DNA of 64,000 nucleotides from an uncultured archaeon (GTDB lineage Archaea; Thermoplasmatota; Penumbrarchaeia; JASLWR01): assembly GCA_964430885.1 (NCBI GenBank), contig CAYSHM010000003.1, positions 128,001 to 192,000 of the forward strand. The letters run 5' to 3'. Position 1 is the first letter of the stretch. Each line of letters starts with the position of its first letter. The notes under the pieces are model-generated. The model saw only the letters and a list, made by a program, of their open reading frames with translations, was not told the DNA's origin and searched no databases. Below, piece by piece: positions 39,391 to 47,745 of this stretch. A program made the translations under genes and the position numbers.

Positions 39391-39888
39391 ATGATAATAG
39401 ATGTAATAGAAATATTGAAGAATGGACACGGCGGTATTCAGGAAACCATACTTCTCCGGAAGAAATACATTGATTCTATTGGTATTGAAAGCGAATTGGG
39501 TACGGATGCAGTTAAGATACTTAAAAAAAAAATGGAGTTCTTGAACGATGTCATGATACCCCACTTCAGGCAGGAAGAAGTTGCTATTTTTTTAATTCGT
39601 AACGAAATAGATATGAAGACGACAGAGGGCGAGATAATTCGTAAGGTTTTGGAAGAGCATGTTGATTTCAGAGAAAGGATCGATGCCTTTATCGAGGACA
39701 CACTTATCAATACAAAGGAATCAATACAAATCCCTCTATTCAAGAATAAATTCAATAAACTTCTAAATGACATTTTGGAACACGCTGAATTTGAAGATGA
39801 AGAACTGTTTCCGATCATCAGGAACAGAATCAATCCAGGTCATATCAAGTATATCAAGGAAAAGTGGAATGAACTTAACATGATTTAG
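39391..39888 (+). CDS. Hemerythrin-like (HHE) cation-binding protein, copy 2
   Basis: GH, PHFRQEE, EEH and EHAEFEDEELFP; AGGAGG SD; tandem paralog of 38857-39345. Confidence 0.85.
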   Translation: MIIDVIEILKNGHGGIQETILLRKKYIDSIGIESELGTDAVKILKKKMEFLNDVMIPHFRQEEVAIFLIRNEIDMKTTEGEIIRKVLEEHVDFRERIDAFIEDTLINTKESIQIPLFKNKFNKLLNDILEHAEFEDEELFPIIRNRINPGHIKYIKEKWNELNMI

Positions 39889-39979
39889 AATAAATAAAAA
39901 AATAAATATCACAACTGATAATTATTAAAAAAACAATATTACTGAAAGATATTAAAAAGATGGTTTTTAGGTGATTGAA

Positions 39980-40435
39980 ATGGAAAAGTTCAATTCAGTG
40001 GAAGAAGCCCTGGACTTCGCTATAGTAAATGAAGAAGAAGCATATCAGTTCTATACTGAATTAGCAGATAATATGAAACTGGAATCAATGAAAAACGTTT
40101 TCCTTGGTTTTGCCAAGGAAGAATTGGGCCATAAGGAGAAATTAATGAAAATAAAAGCTGGTGAAGTAGCAAGCCCTCCTGAGAAAAAGGTAACCGATCT
40201 CAAGATCTCTGATTTTGTTGTAGATGTGCAGCCCTCTGACGATATGGATTACCAGGATGCTCTGATCTTGGCCATGAAAAAGGAGAAGGCAGCATTCAAA
40301 CTTTACACCAAGATGGCGGAGATCTCCGAGGATGCGGTACTGAAAAAGATATTCTTCTCTCTGGCCCAGGAAGAAGCAAAACATAAACTTAGATTCGAAA
40401 TCGAATACGACGATTATGTATTCAATGAAAATTGA
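39980..40435 (+). CDS. Rubrerythrin-like ferritin-superfamily diiron protein
   Basis: NEEEAYQFY, EELGH, KEKAAFKLY, EEAKH. Confidence 0.88.
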   Translation: MEKFNSVEEALDFAIVNEEEAYQFYTELADNMKLESMKNVFLGFAKEELGHKEKLMKIKAGEVASPPEKKVTDLKISDFVVDVQPSDDMDYQDALILAMKKEKAAFKLYTKMAEISEDAVLKKIFFSLAQEEAKHKLRFEIEYDDYVFNEN

Positions 40436-40448
40436 AGCGGTCCATCTA

Positions 40449-41057
40449 TTATTCTTGGGCAATCATTCCCGCTTCTTTTTTCAATTTCAATAATTCGTTT
40501 ATCTTGCCATCAATATCCAATTCGGACCCTTTACCCACTCCTCTGCAGAAACTGCAGACAAAAAGTTCCCCGGATGGGAACAGCAGAAAGGGAAAGGCAC
40601 TGCATGAAAAACATTTGATATCATATATTTTGCATAGACTCTTATCTTTATCATACTGAGGGCAATCTCCCCTTATCTCCATATATGGATGAGAAGCACC
40701 TGTGGGTTCATGGACCGCCACCTTGTCGATGGGAAGAAAGTCCTTTAACCTGTCAAATTCCACCCATGTCATATTGATTCGCCAATTCTGCTGACAGCAC
40801 CAGCCGCATTTAATGCACTCCCACTTCATACTCTTCTCAACTGGATAAAAACCCCCTTCTGCTTCATCCAAGTAATCCGATTTCTCCTTTCTGAAATCAA
40901 CATTCACACCCTTTCTGGGAATTACGACCGTTCCCTTGTCCCCCACCTTGATCTCGGAACCATGAAAGGCCTTTCGTTTTCTTTTCCTTTTTGGGGGCTT
41001 TTTTCTATTGGAGGTTCTCATCGATATCCCATCTTTTCGGCTTGTAAAGGAATCCAT
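40449..41057 (-). CDS. YkgJ-family cysteine-cluster (Fe-S/Zn) protein with basic N-terminus
   Basis: CIKCGWCC, DCPQY, LCKIY...CSAFPF, CRGVG. Confidence 0.85.
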   Translation of the reverse strand: MDSFTSRKDGISMRTSNRKKPPKRKRKRKAFHGSEIKVGDKGTVVIPRKGVNVDFRKEKSDYLDEAEGGFYPVEKSMKWECIKCGWCCQQNWRINMTWVEFDRLKDFLPIDKVAVHEPTGASHPYMEIRGDCPQYDKDKSLCKIYDIKCFSCSAFPFLLFPSGELFVCSFCRGVGKGSELDIDGKINELLKLKKEAGMIAQE

Positions 41058-41309
41058 TCATAAAATGCACTTATAATAAATAAATTAACCTGAGAAAACA
41101 GAATATTCCCGATGGCATAAAATGCCTGGCAAGGAGAAACATATCTGGAAGAATGCAATAATTACTAATTATATTAATGAGCTCTTCAATTGAAAAATGC
41201 AACAGATTACAGAGTAATAAATCTGATAAAACCTATAAAATTATTTATAATTTGAAGGTGGTATTGCTAGGGACAAAATTTCATATATTTAAAAAAGAGA
41301 GGCGATAAC

Positions 41310-44300
41310 ATGCTTGCTAGAAAGATCATGATATTGTGCATATCAGCACTGCTTTTGATAAGTTCCGCCATATTGATAAGCGGAGAAAAGGATGACCACC
41401 CCATGACAGGTGATGGGACCCGAGCGTCCATTGGCCAGAAGTTCTATTTCAACAAGACCTTCAATATTGACCAATCTTGGAACACCGATGATATTTATGT
41501 TGTTGTGTTTGTTCAGAGCAACACCCAGGTGAACAAGAATATGCAGAACGATCCTGGCAGGAGCTACGATTCCGCCGAGGTCCTGCAATCCACCACCGAT
41601 TTCTTCACAGGGGTCCCTGCCGCAACCGGAGCGCAGAAAAGGGTCCTGGGAGAATGCTTTACAGCGACATGGTGCGGATACTGTCCCGGTTCTGTTGGAG
41701 CTCACGATCGTATCGCGAGCGATCCTGCCTTTTTCCCTGGGAGCTATTCCCTGATAGAGTGGCACGCTACCTCAAGCGACCACAATCTTGGAAATGCTGA
41801 CAGTAATGCCCGATTCCAGTACTATAACTGGGGCGGTGCGATCCCTTTCAGCACCTTTGACGGTGTAATAGGACATATCGGCGGAAGCGCAAACGGTAAT
41901 GAAACAAGCATTGATACCACATATAAGGGATATATCAACCAGAGAAAAGGTATCAGCAGCCCAGTTTCCCTGGAAACCTTCGGACACAAAGGAGCCAACA
42001 GCGGATGGATAAATGTCTCCCTGGAAGTTCTGGACATCCCCGACGAGGACCTTTACAAGGTTCAGTTCGTTGTCGTGGAAGACCTCAGAGTGGACAAGAA
42101 CCTAAACCCATGGAACCCCAACAGCCCCCAGGCCATCTACAGATATACTGCCAGGGATGTACTTACACCGGAAACGGTAAACCTGGGAAATTCACAGCCG
42201 GACGTTTCCATAGACTACCCCGCCGGCGGTGAAGTGATAACTGGCAATCTCCATATTAACTGGACGGCAACAGACCCTGAGGATGACGACATCACCATAA
42301 GCATTGATTACAGAAAGGGAAATGGTATTTGGGCCAATATAGATTCAGATCTGACCAATACCGGAACATATGTATGGGATACAACTACAGTTGTTGACGG
42401 CGATGATTACAGGGTCAGGGTAGTTGGCACGGATGCAGTAGGAAAGCAGAGAGAAGCTCTCCTAGGATCAACATTCACCATAAAGAACGATTTCGGCCCG
42501 ACTGTACAGCTCACTTCGCCCCTGGGAGGCGAGGTGTGGAACGGCACTCAGACCATAACATGGATGGCCGAAGATGACGGCGGAGACGGAAATGATGATA
42601 TGGATGCGGAAGCATCAGCAGACATAACCATAAGATTGGATTTTACACGTAACGACGGGGCGGACTACTCCCCCATATACTCAGGTCTTGCCAACACAGG
42701 AAGCTATGAATGGGATACCAACACCACACTGTCCTGGAACGCTGATACCTACAAGGTAAAGATTATGGCTACTGATACAAAGGGCCAGACCGCCTGGGCA
42801 ATATCCACGGATACCTTCGAGATCAATAATGAGAAGAATTTCCGGGATGAGGATAACGATAATATGCCTGATGAGTGGGAGGAGCTATATGACGATGTTG
42901 AGGTAGGCGAGAACGATGCCATGGACGATGCAGACTCCGATGGTCTGAGAAATATTGAGGAATACCATTTTGGAACAGATCCCAGCGATGATGATACCGA
43001 CGGAGACGGTATGACCGACGGATGGGAGATAAATAATGAACTGAACGTCTTGGAAGCCGATTCAAATCTCGACAGCGACGGAGACGGACTCATCAATCTA
43101 CAGGAGTTCCAGATCGGCACCTACGCCAACCGATGGGACAGCGAGAACGATGGAATCCCCGACGGATGGGAAGTAAACAACGGACTCATTCCAATGGGAT
43201 TTGATTCTGGAAATGATGATGATGAGGATGATCTGGATAACCTTGAGGAGTATCTCAATGGAACAGACCCCAATAATGATGATTCTGACGAGGACAAGAT
43301 ACTAGATGGTTGGGAAGTGAAGTATGGATTCGACCCTCTGGACGATGATGATGCATCCGAGGATTTCGATGGGGACGGATTGACCAATCTCCAGGAATTC
43401 CAGATCAATACCAAACCCACCGACGGGGACACGGATATGGACATCATGACCGACGGATGGGAGATCCAATATGACCTGGACCCCCTTATGGGCAATGATG
43501 CAGGAAGCGATCCCGATGGTGACCTCATGACAAATGTGCAGGAGTTCGAGAACGGTACAAATCCGCTTATAGCCGATACCGACGGAGATCAGATCAAAGA
43601 CGGATGGGAGCTGGATAACGGACTTGACCCCTTACTGAACACCGACGCGGCCCTGGACAACGACAACGATGACTTATCCAACCTTGATGAGTTCAAGAAG
43701 GATCTGGACCCAAATAACAACGATACGGACTCAGACGGTATGCCTGACGGATGGGAACTCGATTATGACCTTGATCCCAAGAACCCATCAGACGGCGACG
43801 ACGACCCTGACGAGGATGAACTCACCAATCTCCAGGAATACTTCAAGGGCTTGAATCCCAATGAGATCGATAACCCTGACTATGTTCCCAAGGACGATGA
43901 TGATGACAAACCTCTGCCCAAACCAAAGGACAACAAGGACACTAACGATGACAGTGGAAGCAGTTCTACACTCTGGATAATCGTGATCATTGTAGTAATA
44001 TTCATTATTGCCGTCATAGGCGTACTGGTTGCGATCATGGTCAAGAAGGGAAAGAAGGGCGACCTTGAGGGAGAGGACGAGATGGGACGTGTTGACGAGG
44101 ACGGGCATATTATAACTGCCGATGAGGAATATCAGAAACTATATGGTCCCGCACCGGCATCCCCCGAACCAGAGATCAGCGAAGAACCCCTTTATGAAGA
44201 CAACATATATACCCAGAATGAACCTGCCACCCAACCATATGAGGAAGAGGTGCATACTGAAGAGGTTCAGCAGCAGGCCCCAGTAAAGGAATCACCAGCA

Positions 44301-44414
44301 CCAGTTCGGCAGCCTTTACCAAAACCGGTAAAGAAATCACCCCCTCCCCCTCCGGCGAAAAAGGGTGTGAAGAAGATGCCCAAACCCCTCCCTAAACCTC
44401 CTGTGAGAAAGTAG
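41310..44414 (+). CDS. Secreted single-pass protein: permuted Omp28-like thioredoxin domain, two Ig-like domains, long DxDGD Ca-binding repeat array, TM and Pro/Lys-rich tail
   Basis: Signal peptide; FTATWCGYCP; PxGGE...W...NTGxYxWDT Ig units; many DxDGDGxxDGWE...LDP repeats; TM LWIIVIIVVIFIIAVIGVLVAIMV. Confidence 0.85.
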   Translation: MLARKIMILCISALLLISSAILISGEKDDHPMTGDGTRASIGQKFYFNKTFNIDQSWNTDDIYVVVFVQSNTQVNKNMQNDPGRSYDSAEVLQSTTDFFTGVPAATGAQKRVLGECFTATWCGYCPGSVGAHDRIASDPAFFPGSYSLIEWHATSSDHNLGNADSNARFQYYNWGGAIPFSTFDGVIGHIGGSANGNETSIDTTYKGYINQRKGISSPVSLETFGHKGANSGWINVSLEVLDIPDEDLYKVQFVVVEDLRVDKNLNPWNPNSPQAIYRYTARDVLTPETVNLGNSQPDVSIDYPAGGEVITGNLHINWTATDPEDDDITISIDYRKGNGIWANIDSDLTNTGTYVWDTTTVVDGDDYRVRVVGTDAVGKQREALLGSTFTIKNDFGPTVQLTSPLGGEVWNGTQTITWMAEDDGGDGNDDMDAEASADITIRLDFTRNDGADYSPIYSGLANTGSYEWDTNTTLSWNADTYKVKIMATDTKGQTAWAISTDTFEINNEKNFRDEDNDNMPDEWEELYDDVEVGENDAMDDADSDGLRNIEEYHFGTDPSDDDTDGDGMTDGWEINNELNVLEADSNLDSDGDGLINLQEFQIGTYANRWDSENDGIPDGWEVNNGLIPMGFDSGNDDDEDDLDNLEEYLNGTDPNNDDSDEDKILDGWEVKYGFDPLDDDDASEDFDGDGLTNLQEFQINTKPTDGDTDMDIMTDGWEIQYDLDPLMGNDAGSDPDGDLMTNVQEFENGTNPLIADTDGDQIKDGWELDNGLDPLLNTDAALDNDNDDLSNLDEFKKDLDPNNNDTDSDGMPDGWELDYDLDPKNPSDGDDDPDEDELTNLQEYFKGLNPNEIDNPDYVPKDDDDDKPLPKPKDNKDTNDDSGSSSTLWIIVIIVVIFIIAVIGVLVAIMVKKGKKGDLEGEDEMGRVDEDGHIITADEEYQKLYGPAPASPEPEISEEPLYEDNIYTQNEPATQPYEEEVHTEEVQQQAPVKESPAPVRQPLPKPVKKSPPPPPAKKGVKKMPKPLPKPPVRK

Positions 44415-44445
44415 GATTCGGCTGAAAATTATTTCTTATGAATAT

Positions 44446-44480
44446 GCGGGGAATCATTTCCCCGCCCTTCTTTTTTGTTT
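44446..44480 (+). terminator. Hairpin plus poly-T terminator
   Basis: GCGGGGAA-TCAT-TTCCCCGC followed by CCTTCTTTTTTGTTT. Confidence 0.7.
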
Positions 44481-44677
44481 GGGATTTTATACTCCTGTGC
44501 TCTTTAATGGTATAATTAAATAAAGCATTTTTCAATCTTAAGATGGTGATATAAATTGAAAAATTACCTTACCTAAGACTCTCTATTGAAATATAGAACA
44601 CAACATGCCTGTTTGAAGAAAACGGGATTCAAAAACTGTGCCGGAATTTTGCAGTATAACAATTATAATGTGATAAA

Positions 44678-45703
44678 ATGAAAAACGATACTATAGGAAT
44701 TATTGAAACAAGGGGATTGCTGGATGCCTTTGTGGTAGCCGATGCCATAAGCAAGGGAACTCGTGCCAGATTGATAGGACGGCATATGCTGGGCGACGGC
44801 CTTGTCACACTCATTATCAAGGGCAGGAAGGATGTTGTCAGATCAGCCCTGGAAATCGCTGAAGCTTCTGCGGCTTACACCCGGAGTTTTTTAACCCGCA
44901 AGCAGATGCTTTTTGAGGAGGAGGATTGGAGCTGCGAAGATGACCCTGAAAATTTTAAGGCTGAAGAGGAGCGGGTAGACCTGTTCACACGTGAACAGGA
45001 CCGAACCATTGAACAACCACTTTCGGTCCCGGAAAGGGCCCACGTAATAGAGGAAAAGGGAAAATTCCTACGTGCGCCAGAAAAAACAGGGAAAATGTCC
45101 AAAGCCAGGGAAATAATGCTCAGAAGAGAAAAAATGGCAAGTTACATCTCATCGAATATGGAAAAGGACATAAAAACAGGAATCAATGATCTGGAGAAAG
45201 AATTTTCTGGCATCTCCCGTGCCACTATTCGACTGGACCTTAAAGAACTAATGGACAAGGGCATTGTGAAAAAGATAGGGCGAACCAGCGGAGCTTACTA
45301 TATCATTGCGGATATGAAAATGGAAGGAACAGAAACCAATGATTTCAAAGAAAAAGTAAAAAAGGGTATTAAGGCAAACATTAAAGGGAAAAAAGCTTGG
45401 AGAATAGATAAAAAGAGCCTTAAAATTCCGAAGAAACAAGAGAAAGCTAAGAAAAGCACTACCGATTCCCAAATAATACATTCTAAGAAAAAACTCAGAT
45501 CATCTGAAAGAAAGGAAAGAATGCTTGATTATATCGTTTCCCAATGCAATGCCGGAGAAAAGGTTTCTATCACCGATCTGGAGATCATCTTCACTGATGT
45601 TACAAGAAGGACCTTACAGTTGGACCTCCAGCATCTGAAGAAAAAGGGCCGTATAATCAAAAAGGGACAGACCAGGGCCTGTCATTGGGTACCAAAGAAT
45701 TGA
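44678..45703 (+). CDS. BMC (microcompartment hexamer shell) domain fused to two winged-helix domains
   Basis: N-terminus TIGIIETRGLLDAFVVADAISKG...GDGLVTLIIKG...VRSALE aligns with PduA/EutM. Two wHTH units: ISRATIRLDLKELMDKGIVKKIG and VTRRTLQLDLQHLKKKGRIIKKG. Confidence 0.8.
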   Translation: MKNDTIGIIETRGLLDAFVVADAISKGTRARLIGRHMLGDGLVTLIIKGRKDVVRSALEIAEASAAYTRSFLTRKQMLFEEEDWSCEDDPENFKAEEERVDLFTREQDRTIEQPLSVPERAHVIEEKGKFLRAPEKTGKMSKAREIMLRREKMASYISSNMEKDIKTGINDLEKEFSGISRATIRLDLKELMDKGIVKKIGRTSGAYYIIADMKMEGTETNDFKEKVKKGIKANIKGKKAWRIDKKSLKIPKKQEKAKKSTTDSQIIHSKKKLRSSERKERMLDYIVSQCNAGEKVSITDLEIIFTDVTRRTLQLDLQHLKKKGRIIKKGQTRACHWVPKN

Positions 45704-45784
45704 TACACTATTTAACACTATGATAAATACCCAAAAACAATACAATTCTGCTGCCTGTTGAAATATTGCGGAGATAGATTCATT

Positions 45785-46681
45785 ATGGAGCGAATTCAGG
45801 CATTGATAGATAACCTACGGGAATTGGAAAAAAAAGCCCGGAAAAACCCTGGTATGGAAGCGTCTCATAATTTCCATCCAAGCAAGGATTACGAAACTTA
45901 TAACCTGGGGCACTATGAATTCGGCAATGCATTATCCAAAATGGGACCTGGGGTCTTTTTAGAACTTTTCCATTGGAGCCTTGAAAACGACCATTACTTC
46001 GGTGATGTGAAAATGCCCGGTGTCCACAGGAGTAAATGCTACTGGGTAGAAAAAAGCAGGTCTTTGAGAACTGTCATCCTCGAGCTCCTGATAAGGGAAA
46101 ATGAATTCAACATATGGAAAAATGAGGATTTATTGGAAATGCTGACACATCCATCCTGGGAAGAGCAGGCAATCAATATCTGCGACGGTGATCATTCAGA
46201 GGGAAGGTGGGAAAAACTGATGGCCAGGATAATTGTAAATTGGAGAGGGGACAGGAATAAAATTCTAAAGCATTTCGATGGGAAAAAAGCAGGTGAATTT
46301 GCCAATGATATGATAGACCCTTCCAGGCAGTTCTGCATAGACCGAGTTACCCTTCAATCTGACGGGGACAATATGGTATTAAATATAAATTTCAAACACA
46401 ATCTATCCATGAATTATTCAATTTTAATTGGAGTGTTCAGAAAGAAGGATGGTGTGGTATTAAGTGCTTTTGATACCATTTTGAACTATCACGGCAAGGA
46501 TGCCCCCCGACAATTTACTGGCGGGTCCGAGTTCGGCAGGGCGGAAGTGAAAATATACGATAATGAATTGATTACTCGGATCAGTATGGAAACCTGGAAA
46601 AAGTATAATGTGGAGAAAAAGGAACTGGGCATTAAAGTGAAGCTGTATCAGCTGGGAGAATTCAAACTATTCCCCTTTTGA
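45785..46681 (+). CDS. Hypothetical protein (helical N-half, beta-rich C-half)
   Basis: Long ORF of about 300 aa with GGAG upstream of the ATG at 45785; no motif recognised. Confidence 0.65.
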   Translation: MERIQALIDNLRELEKKARKNPGMEASHNFHPSKDYETYNLGHYEFGNALSKMGPGVFLELFHWSLENDHYFGDVKMPGVHRSKCYWVEKSRSLRTVILELLIRENEFNIWKNEDLLEMLTHPSWEEQAINICDGDHSEGRWEKLMARIIVNWRGDRNKILKHFDGKKAGEFANDMIDPSRQFCIDRVTLQSDGDNMVLNINFKHNLSMNYSILIGVFRKKDGVVLSAFDTILNYHGKDAPRQFTGGSEFGRAEVKIYDNELITRISMETWKKYNVEKKELGIKVKLYQLGEFKLFPF

Positions 46682-46751
46682 TTTATTATCCGACCGGAAA
46701 ACGCCATTATTCTATGCTTTTTAAGGAAAGGATAATATTTTCAATGGGCAA

Positions 46752-47507
46752 CTATAATTTTGTCACATCACCGGGTTCTGGAACCGTAGCTTTGATACCC
46801 AGATTGGAGCCATACTTCCTGATATTCTCAATCTTTTTCTTTCGGCAGTCCCTCTGGATGTGGGTGAACATAAGATGCTTGACCCCTGCCTTTTTGGCCA
46901 TCTTGGCCACATCCTTCACGGTTCCATGTCCGCTGAGGGGTTTGTTGTAGAAATAGGCCTCGTGTATTAGAACATTGCAGGAACGGTACATCTCAACGGA
47001 TTCATCTGTGAACCTGCCGTCCCCGCTGTAGCATACGCTTTTCATACCTTGTTTGATCCTGATAGCCATATTGGTAATGGAATGCTCAGTCAAGGCAAAG
47101 GAGAGAATAAGGTCCTTGAACCGAAGATCCCTACCCTCCTGGGCTTTAAGAAAATGCAGGGAGAATTCCAGGGCATCCTCCGTACCTGGATAACCCATAT
47201 CCAGCAAATATTTGATATTTGGTATCACATCGGAATGAGATATGATCGTAAGAGGTTTTTTTCTGCCGTCCTCGCGCATTCTGACCAACAGTGCCGGGAT
47301 GCCGAAATAGTGATCGGCGTGCTCATGGCTTATAAATACTGCATCAATGAGTTCGGGATCTGCCGAGTATTCCCATAAACTATTGGGTACTGAATAGCCG
47401 CAGTCAAGAAGCAGTCGTGTTCCCATATCATCTGAAATGATAAGGTGGGAATTATTCGGCAAGGTTTCATCAAAGGCCTCTCCAACTCCAATGTTCACTA
47501 TTTCCAT
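46752..47507 (-). CDS. Metallo-beta-lactamase-fold hydrolase, RNase Z-like
   Basis: LLDCG, SHEHADH, EHS, YSGDG, HEA, GHG, FTH. Confidence 0.88.
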   Translation of the reverse strand: MEIVNIGVGEAFDETLPNNSHLIISDDMGTRLLLDCGYSVPNSLWEYSADPELIDAVFISHEHADHYFGIPALLVRMREDGRKKPLTIISHSDVIPNIKYLLDMGYPGTEDALEFSLHFLKAQEGRDLRFKDLILSFALTEHSITNMAIRIKQGMKSVCYSGDGRFTDESVEMYRSCNVLIHEAYFYNKPLSGHGTVKDVAKMAKKAGVKHLMFTHIQRDCRKKKIENIRKYGSNLGIKATVPEPGDVTKL

Positions 47508-47745
47508 TGCTATCTCACCTCTAAGTCTATAGAATCACATGTGAAACGCTTTTTTTATTACCGCGATTTATGGCAAACAAAAGGCTACAGACTTGGGATT
47601 CACATCATAATCTTCATGGATTATTAAATTATCCCCATTCGACTTCTGCATCATTCATACAATTCGATTGATCTCCTCTTCTGGATGATTTCCAAATTCA
47701 TTTCAACATACTTAAAAATGTGACGCACCAGCCCTTGAACCAGTA

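Noticed and set aside
42850-43870. Periodic GACGGATGGGA-type repeats suggesting a CRISPR array or VNTR
   Set aside because: They are degenerate in-frame codons of DGWE/DxDGD Ca-binding protein repeats inside a CDS.
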